A stretch of 64,000 nucleotides of DNA from Candidatus Cloacimonadales bacterium (lineage in GTDB: Bacteria; Cloacimonadota; Cloacimonadia; Cloacimonadales; JAIOQZ01): the NCBI GenBank assembly GCA_963665815.1, contig OY762463.1, positions 192,001 through 256,000 of the forward strand, read 5' to 3'. Below, one piece after another: positions 37,101-45,882 of this stretch. The notes beneath the pieces were generated by a model. It was not told the origin of the DNA. It saw nothing but the letters and a program-made list of their open reading frames with translations, and ran no database searches. The stretch's first letter is position 1. Every line of letters starts with the position of its first letter. The translations under genes and the position numbers were made by a program.

Positions 37101-39626
37101 ATTAGTTTCAGAGTAGATGATTCAATGATTCCGAATGGATATTGTACTATATCAGTTATTCAGCCTGTAGAAAATGAAAATGACTTGCCTGTGAGAACTT
37201 ATGGAGTTGTACCAATATCTGTTTTTGAAGAGAGAAGTAAAAATGCTGTATCAATTACAACCTCCGAAAGCTTCAGATCTAAAAAGAAGTTCAATGTAGA
37301 GATACGGACTGAAAGAAAAGAAAAATCTCAGGTAACAATTGCAGTTGTAGATGAAGGATTGTTATCACTTACAAATTTCAGATCACCTGATCCATGGGGG
37401 TTTTTCTACAGGAAGATTATTCATTCTGTTATATCTTTTGATAATTACGGATTTGTATCTGGTTTACCACAAGGAGATCCTTATAAATCATTCCTCATAG
37501 GTGGTGATCTTGCCGCAAGAGCAGCTATGGAACGAGATTTGAGAAAAAGGAGAAAACTTAGTGAACTGACAGATAATAAAAAGCGTTTCAAACCTGTCTG
37601 CATGTATTCAGGAATCCTTGAAACAGATGAAAATGGATACTTGAAGCACGAATTCACAATGCCGGAATATATTGGGGCAGTCAGAATAATGGCTGTTGTT
37701 GTTAATGGTAAAACCTATGACTCCGCAGAAAAAACTGTACCTGTAAAAGAAAATTTGATGGTAAAAGCTACATTTCCTCGTTTTCTCAATACAGGAAACA
37801 AGTTCTCAATTCCTGTTGAAATATTCAAAGATAAGGATGTGAAAGGTATAAAAAATGTTGATGTCTCAATAGAAACAGACAGTCGAATTGAAATATCCGG
37901 TTCAGGCAAAAAGACTGTAACATTGAATGAGAACGGACAAGCTGTTGTGAAATTTGCAGCAGAGAGTAATGATGTATTGGGCTTTTCTCATATTACAGTC
38001 AAAGCAGTTTCCGGTAAATATAAAGCGGAATCAAATACTGATATTAATATATATTCACCGAATCCGACAATACTGAAATCTGAAAACAAGAAAGTCAAAA
38101 AAGGTGAATATATAGAATTCACAATACCTGATGATGGCTATAAGGGTTCAATGGATGCCGCAGTAACTGTTAATACGTTGGAGAACCTGGATGTATCAAA
38201 CAGGCTAAAATGGTTGATAAAGTATCCGTATGGTTGTATAGAACAGACAACATCTTCTGTGTTTCCTCAACTTTATTTAGGTGATTTCATTAGAACAAAA
38301 ACATACAAACTTGATGCAATTGATAGAAATATAAATGCCGGAATTTCACGTTTGAAGAAATTTCAGGTCTCAACAGGAGGTTTAGGTTATTGGCCGGGAA
38401 GCTATCATGTAAGTGAATGGGGTACAATGTATGCAGGTCACTTCCTTTTCGAAGCAAAGAAGAAAGGTTACTTTGTTCCTGAAACATTAATTAAATCGGT
38501 TTTAACAAAGCTCAGATATGACACTCGTAATTTTATTGCAGATAAAAAGGATACGTATGCATTCAGAACTCAGGTAATGAAACTGTATCTCCTTACTTTA
38601 GCTGAAAAACCGGACGAATCTTCCATGAATATTATATACGAGAGCTATCTTGGACAGCTTAACAGAACTTACAGACTCCTTCTTGCAGCAGCGTATCTGA
38701 AAATTGGAGATAAAAAAACTTCAGATATAATCATGACAAAGCTGAATGAACCGGTTGCTGATTCTGATGAAAGGAACTACTACAGAAGAAGTTGGGGAAG
38801 CGGTTTGCGTGACGAAGGATTAACATTGCTTGCTCTCACAGAACTGAATGCAGATGATGAAGCTTATACATTATTCAACTCAATTGCCAGGAAAATTAAT
38901 AATAAAAACTGGTATTCCACTCAGACTCTCGGATACACACTTACTGCACTTGGAAAGTACTATATAAAACACAAGGATACTTTTGATGTTGATAACAGTC
39001 TTTCATGCTATGTTGAATTTGCTGACAAATCAAGAAAAAGAATCAAAGTAAGTGGGAACACTGCATCATTTGATCTTGGAAATCACTTCGGTGAGAAAAT
39101 CAAAGTGCATTTTGAGGAAAGTGAAAAGCTGAAAACGCTTTACGTTGCACTCGATTGGTCTGGAGTTATCAAGGATGAAAGAGTTGAAAATGTCAGCGAT
39201 AACATGACTGTTACCAGAAAATGGAAAAACAGCTCAGGCAAATATGTTGATCCCGGAGAAGTAAAACAGGGTGATATTCTGACCTGTGAACTGACTGTGA
39301 AAATTAACACAAATCTCAATAAAGATAACATTGCTCTTGTACAGGCTTTACCGGCAGGCTGGGAAATTGAAAACGAAAGACTTCAAAATAAAACTGCTTC
39401 AAAGAAAACCAATTATGACTATCTTGATATCAGAGATGATCGGATAATGTGGTTCTTCAGCATAGACAATTACAAGGATCGTAGATCAAAAACTTTCAGT
39501 TTCAAGGTCAGAGCGGTTACAAGTGGTGAATTTATGCTTCCTCCAACATATTGCGAAGCAATGTATGACAATAATTACAAGGCTGTACTTAAAGGATCTC
39601 CGGTTAAGGTAATCGAGAAAAAATGA
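34182..39626 (+). CDS. yfhM: Bacterial alpha-2-macroglobulin (lipoprotein)
   Basis: Lipobox LFAC, YTERGVYRPG, AVVDEGLL, thioester motif YPYGCIEQ, DIRDDR; followed by pbpC. Confidence 0.95.
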   Translation: MKKMNILIIFLIILLFACSKTKEKQQHPEHHRFVANYTVDFNEKSPIKVRFSEKMSGNIKADPKLLKKCFSFNVSVDFSVNALNDFEVEIQPEKGRKFARVNKLIIDEKSLFDLDYGADIELPVKVRKNQIITVEPDFKNLGKKAVFKAVVELRDEITSEELKNSITLQLSNKDIEFTVSKRIGTGNQFIVETSTFNKTDKNQMVKLSITDDLIPLELPVDKEYNIASLHAMQVLCTYTKLVENRGTIEVLFSEEIDFSQRIENYVELKHDKKVMNVTCVKQSDRIILTGNLQSGKSYDLTLKKGILNKHNHELEKDYHDTIIINDVSPYIAFAESGNLYSTKGNNKVRIRSVNYSKIRVRIYRIAEKNMGHFIYREGFKPYRYNLYDGLFSRKIIEQELNLNTEKNKWEETDLDLSKIIGADKNGMYVVDIEGNSVNENVYANPTQSNDTKVMLISDLGITYKREAEDRHKVIVTNLITAKPESGCNVKIYDKQNILMINGSTDSRGMFDFQLNDKGFEGRTERKMIIITAENSKSLTILYPNKMQWNTSTFDVAGASIDQAGNSFVYTERGVYRPGDEINFSFVLRSADGTFPANQPVNIEIFNPRGSKKLSKTIKNGKDGFYTMSFTTDENAQTGTWSLKYSSGGIKGSHSFKVETVVAERLKVEITPEKNVVNVDDKSFKIDVKSQYLFGAPASNLKYKVNAEISKVSKKIQTLPGFIFDDVTTSFKRTNVIVGEGNLDKNGDTQVKWKIPDLGNSPASLMAVLKAEVIDNGGRASKATKYVDINPYSYYVGIKLPDDMHIRSTNKVKVALIDVDGKLVPGEDLTLSIYHKSRYWWYERGRTSRNSYKANDKVALVYSQNLKSDVDPLEVDIDISNWGEYLIEVTHSASSGHTAAQYFYPYWYGSKENGAMDDGILSLKTDKKTYKSGETAKVQFDAPEKSVVLVSLESKGKILKTYWDNPKVKDGKGEISFRVDDSMIPNGYCTISVIQPVENENDLPVRTYGVVPISVFEERSKNAVSITTSESFRSKKKFNVEIRTERKEKSQVTIAVVDEGLLSLTNFRSPDPWGFFYRKIIHSVISFDNYGFVSGLPQGDPYKSFLIGGDLAARAAMERDLRKRRKLSELTDNKKRFKPVCMYSGILETDENGYLKHEFTMPEYIGAVRIMAVVVNGKTYDSAEKTVPVKENLMVKATFPRFLNTGNKFSIPVEIFKDKDVKGIKNVDVSIETDSRIEISGSGKKTVTLNENGQAVVKFAAESNDVLGFSHITVKAVSGKYKAESNTDINIYSPNPTILKSENKKVKKGEYIEFTIPDDGYKGSMDAAVTVNTLENLDVSNRLKWLIKYPYGCIEQTTSSVFPQLYLGDFIRTKTYKLDAIDRNINAGISRLKKFQVSTGGLGYWPGSYHVSEWGTMYAGHFLFEAKKKGYFVPETLIKSVLTKLRYDTRNFIADKKDTYAFRTQVMKLYLLTLAEKPDESSMNIIYESYLGQLNRTYRLLLAAAYLKIGDKKTSDIIMTKLNEPVADSDERNYYRRSWGSGLRDEGLTLLALTELNADDEAYTLFNSIARKINNKNWYSTQTLGYTLTALGKYYIKHKDTFDVDNSLSCYVEFADKSRKRIKVSGNTASFDLGNHFGEKIKVHFEESEKLKTLYVALDWSGVIKDERVENVSDNMTVTRKWKNSSGKYVDPGEVKQGDILTCELTVKINTNLNKDNIALVQALPAGWEIENERLQNKTASKKTNYDYLDIRDDRIMWFFSIDNYKDRRSKTFSFKVRAVTSGEFMLPPTYCEAMYDNNYKAVLKGSPVKVIEKK

Positions 39627-41938
39627 GGTTGTCTCTCAATAAGAAAACAAAAGTACTGATTGCAGTTCTTCTGGCTGTGATTCTTTTATTTGTTTTTCTG
39701 CCGGATTCCTCAGAAATGGAGGAAAAGAGTTACAGTAAAGTAATCTGTGATAAAAATGGCGAGATTTTAAGAGTGTTTCTCAATGATTCGCAACAATGGT
39801 TTTTGCCTCCTGATGAAAAACTCATTGTTCCTGAGAAGCTGTATAAATGTGTTACAGAATATGAAGATCGCTTTTTCAAGTATCATCTCGGAGTGAATCC
39901 GATTGCAGTAGTAAAAGCATTATCAGATAATATCAGGGCTAAAAGAATTGTGCGGGGTGGAAGTACTCTCACAATGCAGCTTGTGAGCCTGAGCAATCCC
40001 GTAAAACGATCATACTGGAATAAATTCTGCGAGATGCTGTTTGCAGTGAAACTTGAAATCCTGTACTCTAAACAGGAAATTCTAAGAATGTATCTGGAAC
40101 GTGCACCTTATGGTGGAAATGTAATTGGATTCAAAGCTGCATCTTTGAAGTACTACAGAAAACTACCATTTGAACTCTCCTGGGGGGAGGCTGCAACTCT
40201 GGCTGTTCTGCCAAATGCTCCCGGACTGATTACTCCCGGGAAAAATCATAGCATACTTGTTGCTAAAAGAAACAGCTTACTCAGAAGGCTTCATGAATCA
40301 GGAAAGCTAGATGAAAGTGAGCTTCATATTGCTGAGAGCGAGCCTGTTCCTGTTGAATCGGCAGTGTTTAAAATAAAGGCACCTCATTTTACTCGCTATG
40401 TTAAAAATAACTCCCCGGATCAGGACGTGATAAAGACAACGCTGGATTCTCATTTACAGTCTCTTGCAGAAAACACAGTTATGGAGTATTCTCGAGAACT
40501 AAACAGTGTGGGAATTCAGAATTGTGCAGCAATTATTACAGAAACAAAAACCGGAAAGATAAGAGCCTGGATTGGGTCTCAGGACTTCTGGGACACAGCA
40601 GATAATGGTCAGGTAGATGGTGTGATTGCAATGAGATCAACAGGTTCTGTTTTAAAACCATTTCTATATGCTGCAGCTATGGACGAAGGGATTCTTCTGC
40701 CTGAAACTTTGATGAACGATGTACCCTCATATTACGGAACATTCTCACCGGAAAATGCATCCCATACTTTTTCAGGACTGGTTCCTGCATCTGAAGCGTT
40801 AATTAAATCATTAAATGTACCGGCTGTAAGGTTGCTGAAGAAATATGGATTATACAGCTTTTATTCATTTCTTAAAAGAACATGCGATGAAAGTCTTTTC
40901 AGGTCTGCTGATGATTACGGATTAACTTTGATAATAGGAGGTTCTGAGATAACGCTTCTTGAGTTATCAGCTCTATATAATGGATTAGGGAGCTCCGGAG
41001 AATTCAGGAAGGCTGTTTTCAGAGAAGATCAGTCAAGTGAGCAGAAAGTGAAGCTTCTCAGTAAAGGTGCATGTTTTTTAACTCTTGAGACACTGAAAGA
41101 TCTGAAAAGATCAGGATCTGATCGCTACTGGGAAGTTTTCGATGGAAAAAGACAGATTGCCTGGAAAACAGGCACAAGTTATGGACATAGAGATGCCTGG
41201 GCGGCAGGAGTAACACCGGAATGGACGGTGTGTGTATGGGCCGGAAATTTTACAGGGGAAATGAATCCCCGGATTATTGGGACATCAGCGGCAGGACCAT
41301 TAATGTTCAGATTGTTTGAACTTCTTGAAGAAAAGGAGAATAGCTGGTTTGAGTCACCTTTACAGGATATTGAACCTGTTACTCTGTGTGCGGAAACAGG
41401 ATTTGTTGCCGGTGAGGATTGCAAAAGCACAATCAGTAGCTGGAAGCCGGTTCATGCCCCTCAGTTGCAGACATGTCCATATCATAAAAAGATATTCGTG
41501 AGTAAAAGTAAAGGTCATCAGGTGTGTTCTCTATGTTGGGACAGAGAAGATGTCGTTGAAAAAGTTGTGCTGGAGTATCCACCTCATGTAATTGAGTATC
41601 TGGCTGAAAGCGGAAAACCGATACCCGAAATTCCCGAGCATAATCCTGAATGTGAAACAAGGAAAATCACTCCGTATCTTCAAATTGTCTATCCTAATAA
41701 TGGTGCAGAGTTGTTTGTACCCAGAGATGCTTCCGGTGAGCATCAGAAAGTTTTGCTCAAAGCAGCTCATAATAAACCTGAAGCGATGATATATTGGTAT
41801 CTTAATGACAAATTTGTTACTTCAACGAAAGGAGAGCATAATATTACTGCTGATATTAAGGCAGGTGAATACATTTTAAGCCTCATAGATGAATTTGGTA
41901 ATGAGAAATCAGTTAAATTCTCCATTTCAAGGAATTGA
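39623..41938 (+). CDS. pbpC: Penicillin-binding protein 1C
   Basis: EDRFF.H.G, GGSTLTMQL, GSVLKP (SxxK), SLN, KTGT; adjacent to A2M. Confidence 0.95.
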   Translation: MRLSLNKKTKVLIAVLLAVILLFVFLPDSSEMEEKSYSKVICDKNGEILRVFLNDSQQWFLPPDEKLIVPEKLYKCVTEYEDRFFKYHLGVNPIAVVKALSDNIRAKRIVRGGSTLTMQLVSLSNPVKRSYWNKFCEMLFAVKLEILYSKQEILRMYLERAPYGGNVIGFKAASLKYYRKLPFELSWGEAATLAVLPNAPGLITPGKNHSILVAKRNSLLRRLHESGKLDESELHIAESEPVPVESAVFKIKAPHFTRYVKNNSPDQDVIKTTLDSHLQSLAENTVMEYSRELNSVGIQNCAAIITETKTGKIRAWIGSQDFWDTADNGQVDGVIAMRSTGSVLKPFLYAAAMDEGILLPETLMNDVPSYYGTFSPENASHTFSGLVPASEALIKSLNVPAVRLLKKYGLYSFYSFLKRTCDESLFRSADDYGLTLIIGGSEITLLELSALYNGLGSSGEFRKAVFREDQSSEQKVKLLSKGACFLTLETLKDLKRSGSDRYWEVFDGKRQIAWKTGTSYGHRDAWAAGVTPEWTVCVWAGNFTGEMNPRIIGTSAAGPLMFRLFELLEEKENSWFESPLQDIEPVTLCAETGFVAGEDCKSTISSWKPVHAPQLQTCPYHKKIFVSKSKGHQVCSLCWDREDVVEKVVLEYPPHVIEYLAESGKPIPEIPEHNPECETRKITPYLQIVYPNNGAELFVPRDASGEHQKVLLKAAHNKPEAMIYWYLNDKFVTSTKGEHNITADIKAGEYILSLIDEFGNEKSVKFSISRN

Positions 41939-42046
41939 GACACTATTAGATAATTATTCGTGTTTATATTGGAGTGGAATTTATGTTTCGCAGGAAATTT
42001 ATTGACTAAATCTTAATTTGTGTTCTAAAATTACAGAAATCATACA

Positions 42047-42126
42047 TAGAGCTATGCATAACAGTAAAATCAAACAGCATTGAATAAAAAGTATTGAGTC
42101 AACAACCCCAATTATGCAAAGGTCAC
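42047..42126 (+). mobile_element. MITE copy D (80 bp, both ends)
   Basis: TAGAGCTATGCATAACAG...ATTGAGTCAACAACCCCAATTATGCAAAGGTCAC. Confidence 0.8.
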
Positions 42127-42146
42127 ATAAAATGTTAGAGGTTCAG

Positions 42147-43694
42147 ATGACAGAAAGAGTAAAAGAACTACTGGGAATTCTGGAAGGTGTTGAAGGAAAA
42201 GACAGAATTGATCCGCTTGAAAGGCTAACTAATAATTTAATGTCAACAAAGCCGGGAGAAGCAATTAAATATGCAGCAGAAGGTCTGAAAACTGCAAGCG
42301 AATTTCAAGAGGATTACTATGTTTCCACATTCTCTAATAGATTGGGGATTTGTAATTATTACCTCGGAAATTTCGAAGATTCTTTAATGTTCTACAAAAA
42401 AGCTGCTGAAATTGATAATAGAATAGGGGAGATGAAGAACTATTGCACTAATATAAGTAATATTGCTGTTATCAAAATTATCCAGGGAAATTATGCTGAA
42501 GCTCTTGAGTCCTTGAATTCCTGTATTCCTATTGAAAAGGAACTTGGTAATTATGAAAATCTAAGCTCAACATATAACAACATTGGAAATGTCTATAATA
42601 AGCTTAATGATAATGAAAGAGCTCTGAAGTATTATCTCAAAGCATTAAGTATCAGGGAAGAACATAATCTGGAGAGGCTGCTTTTGTCATCTTATGCAAA
42701 CATTGGAGCTTTGCTGCGTACAAGCTATGAGTCCGAACGTGCGAACATGTATATCGAAAAGGGAATTGAGCTTTGTGATAAACTTGGTCAATTTCATCAA
42801 AAACCTTTCCTGCTCAATCAGAGAGCACTGATTCTTGCCTCCAGTGGTGAACTGGATACTGCCCTTGAAATTTTGAATCAATCTGTTGAACTTAATAAAC
42901 AGAATGGTAATAAAGAAGGACTGGCAGTTGCATATGAGCATATTGCAGAAATTTATAGTGATTTCCAATGCTACAAAGAATCACTTGATGCTCATAATAA
43001 CTCTTTCAGATATACCAGAGAGCTTAAAATGATGGACTATCTGATCAAAGGTCTGGTTAGAGCGGCAAATTCTTATTTAAAGATTCATGAAGTTGAAAAA
43101 GCTGAAGAGATGTTAGCAGAAGCTGAGGAATATCTCAAGAATTACGAAGATGATAATTTAAAATCAGATTTGAACAAGATTAAAGCAAAGTACTATGCTG
43201 AGCGGGGTGACTATAAGAAAGCATTTGAATGTTCTGACAGAAATTCGGATCTTGAAGCAAAAATAAGAGATAACGCCCTTAAGCAGAGAGCTCAAGAGCT
43301 TGAAATAATATATGCAGTAGAAAGAAAAGAAACGGAAAATGAGATTCTTCAACATAATAATACTGAACTCTCAGAAAAGAATTTAAGACTTGAGGAGCTG
43401 AACAGAGAATTGCTCGAAACTCAGAAGTCACTTCAGGAGAAGGAACGCAAAGTTGCTGTACTGGCAATGGCAGCAACAGCGAATCATGAGATAAACCAAC
43501 CATTAATGATAATAAAAGGCTCACTGGAATTGCTGGAAATGGAACTCGGAAAAGTTTCGCCTAAGGGAAGCAGACACTTCAAACATATCTCTGAGTCGGT
43601 AGATCGGATACAAAGAATTCTAAATACATATAAAACTGTAAATAATGTAGAATATGAGGATTATGTCGAAGATAATCCAATGGTTTCAATATAA
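42147..43694 (+). CDS. TPR-repeat protein with a C-terminal HisKA (DHp) domain and no ATPase domain
   Basis: TPRs (e.g. SSTYNNIGNVYNKLNDNERALKYYLKAL), coiled coil, H-box AATANHEINQPL. The track start at 42114 lies inside the MITE; GAGG RBS favours ATG 42147. Confidence 0.85.
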   Translation: MTERVKELLGILEGVEGKDRIDPLERLTNNLMSTKPGEAIKYAAEGLKTASEFQEDYYVSTFSNRLGICNYYLGNFEDSLMFYKKAAEIDNRIGEMKNYCTNISNIAVIKIIQGNYAEALESLNSCIPIEKELGNYENLSSTYNNIGNVYNKLNDNERALKYYLKALSIREEHNLERLLLSSYANIGALLRTSYESERANMYIEKGIELCDKLGQFHQKPFLLNQRALILASSGELDTALEILNQSVELNKQNGNKEGLAVAYEHIAEIYSDFQCYKESLDAHNNSFRYTRELKMMDYLIKGLVRAANSYLKIHEVEKAEEMLAEAEEYLKNYEDDNLKSDLNKIKAKYYAERGDYKKAFECSDRNSDLEAKIRDNALKQRAQELEIIYAVERKETENEILQHNNTELSEKNLRLEELNRELLETQKSLQEKERKVAVLAMAATANHEINQPLMIIKGSLELLEMELGKVSPKGSRHFKHISESVDRIQRILNTYKTVNNVEYEDYVEDNPMVSI

Positions 43695-43703
43695 GCAGGT
43701 GTT

Positions 43704-44162
43704 GTGATGCTTAAAGATATAGCATACAAATTGGAAAATGATAAAGCTTCCTTGATAAAAGAATTAACTGAGATTCTTGAACTCCCAGTCGTAAAAGTCA
43801 TGTATCACTTGGAAGAAGAACCGATTCGTCATTTTCTCGAGTTTTATATAAATGATTTCGGCGGTTTAGGCAGAATTGAGTATGCAGAATACAACAGACT
43901 GGAAGCTCAAGAAGATGCTGTTTCAAGATCAACAATCTGGCGAGTTGATACCTGGAGTAACTTTATCGAAGAAAATTCAGAGTTTTTCAGAGATTTGATA
44001 ATGATGGAAATTGGTATCAATGAATTTACAATGAGAGCAGACAATATGTATAAGCTTTCTTGCTGGAAAAAACAGGAAGACGGTGTTATCCGGCAAAAAG
44101 AACTGATTGCTGAAATTGATTTGAGATTTATAAACAGTTCCTGGCGAGTTCGAACTGAGTAA
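43704..44162 (+). CDS. Hypothetical protein
   Basis: 152-aa ORF 9 bp after the TPR gene, AGGT RBS-like. Confidence 0.7.
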   Translation: MMLKDIAYKLENDKASLIKELTEILELPVVKVMYHLEEEPIRHFLEFYINDFGGLGRIEYAEYNRLEAQEDAVSRSTIWRVDTWSNFIEENSEFFRDLIMMEIGINEFTMRADNMYKLSCWKKQEDGVIRQKELIAEIDLRFINSSWRVRTE

Positions 44163-44261
44163 TGAATGAATTTTCAGTGAATATAATGAGGAATTACGAA
44201 ATAAAAATCTTGACTATACTGTAAAGAAATAAGTTAGTGTCATTCAGTAAAGAGGCTTAAA

Positions 44262-44555
44262 ATGAAAAAATGTCCAATATGTCATCAGCATACTCTATTG
44301 AATGAGTTAACTACTGATACCAGAAAAAGAGAAATCAGGGGGATATGTCTTAATTGTGGAAGGTTTAGTATAACTGAATCTTTTATGGATGATGCCAGAG
44401 ATGCAGGCGTATATAATTCCAGTATTTCTTTGATTACTAAAAGAGAATCTATAAACAGCAATGACGCTACAAGAATCTCTTCTCTTTCTGATTTCAGGAA
44501 GCTTGCAGAAAAATACAAAATAAAAATTGCTTACAGGTGCAGACCGGAACTCTAA
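44262..44555 (+). CDS. Small putative zinc-ribbon protein
   Basis: CPIC..CLNC pairs, GAGG RBS, upstream TTGACT. Confidence 0.65.
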   Translation: MKKCPICHQHTLLNELTTDTRKREIRGICLNCGRFSITESFMDDARDAGVYNSSISLITKRESINSNDATRISSLSDFRKLAEKYKIKIAYRCRPEL

Positions 44556-45811
44556 CACTGTTTTACGTGAAAATCTAACTCTTCAAGCTTGTCAAAAAAA
44601 TCCGGAAAGGATTTTTTAACTGATTCTGTTTCTGACAGTCTCAGAAATGGGAAAACACTCTTCAATATTGAGAAAGACATAACAACTCTGTGATCTTCAT
44701 AAGTGTCTATTACGACAGGTAATGGATTCATTTTTAATGGATGAATAACAATGCTGTTATCTTTTAAAGCGTATAACACACCAATCTTAGTGAAATTATC
44801 TATCATTGCTTTTATTCTATCTGTTTCTTTATATCTTAAATGATTTATCCCGGATATTACTGTGGGTGAATCAGCAAAAAGAGCGAGAATAGCAAGAGTG
44901 AGAACCTGGTCAGGCATTGTACTCATATCTGCATTGATACCATGAAGTTCATTCTTTCTGACGCTTGCATATTTTGAAATCAAATTTACTTCTGCCCCCA
45001 TTTTTTTTAGAATGGAGAAGAATCCTGTATCCGCCTGATCGAAATCAATATCCTTTATCTCAATACCGGTTTGGCTTAATGCTCCCAATGCACCAAAGTA
45101 ACAGGCCGAGGACATGTCACCGGGAATAAAAATTTCTTTAGGGAATTTGTATTCCTGACTACATCTGATTTTTATTTTATCATCGGATTTATCAACAGCA
45201 ATACCGTTTTCTTCCATTAAACTGATAGTTAAATCAATATATTTCATACTCACTTGCTTTGGATGTAACATCACTTCTGTGTCTTCAGAAAAATAAGGAG
45301 CTGAAAGCAGAATACTACTTAAATACTGACTGCTGACATCAGGGCTGATATCAACAATTCCACCATTAAGCCTTGTCCCGGTTATTTTAACTGAATCTTT
45401 ATGAGGTGTGACATCCCCCTTCATGTTATTAATCGCCTGATAAAGTAAATCCGTTGGTCTCAAAGCAAGTTGATCTGATACTTTAATTTTTGTAAGTAGC
45501 CTTGGATAGTTTGCGAGTCTTGTCAGGAGGAATCGATATGCAGAAGCCGAATTTTTTATGTATAATTCAATATTCTCAGAAATTTGTCCATTATAGTTAA
45601 TTATCACATTCGAATCATTATGTGTGAAAGTATATCCCAGTTTCTTCATTGTATTCTCAAATGTTTTGATATCTTCAGCTCTTGAGTAGTTCTTAAGTTT
45701 AACAGATGTATGAGAATAAGAGATCATTGTCAGTAATCTCTGGATTACAGATTTTGATCCCGGGAAGAGGATACTTTTCTGTTTATTTGTAAGTAATATT
45801 GATTTATACAT
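44552..45811 (-). CDS. aroA: 3-phosphoshikimate 1-carboxyvinyltransferase (EPSP synthase)
   Basis: PGSKS, SSQYLSSILL, GDMSSA, LRYKETDRI, EDHR, VKKSFPDFF. Confidence 0.93.
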   Translation of the reverse strand: MYKSILLTNKQKSILFPGSKSVIQRLLTMISYSHTSVKLKNYSRAEDIKTFENTMKKLGYTFTHNDSNVIINYNGQISENIELYIKNSASAYRFLLTRLANYPRLLTKIKVSDQLALRPTDLLYQAINNMKGDVTPHKDSVKITGTRLNGGIVDISPDVSSQYLSSILLSAPYFSEDTEVMLHPKQVSMKYIDLTISLMEENGIAVDKSDDKIKIRCSQEYKFPKEIFIPGDMSSACYFGALGALSQTGIEIKDIDFDQADTGFFSILKKMGAEVNLISKYASVRKNELHGINADMSTMPDQVLTLAILALFADSPTVISGINHLRYKETDRIKAMIDNFTKIGVLYALKDNSIVIHPLKMNPLPVVIDTYEDHRVVMSFSILKSVFPFLRLSETESVKKSFPDFFDKLEELDFHVKQC

Positions 45812-45882
45812 GCAAACCTCATTAATTTGCTTTACATACTACAAACATGTGCTATCTCTTGACAAGATAAATTTATCTTTAT

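Noticed and set aside
34182-41938. A2M-pbpC as a novel system
   Set aside because: Well-known conserved gene pair.
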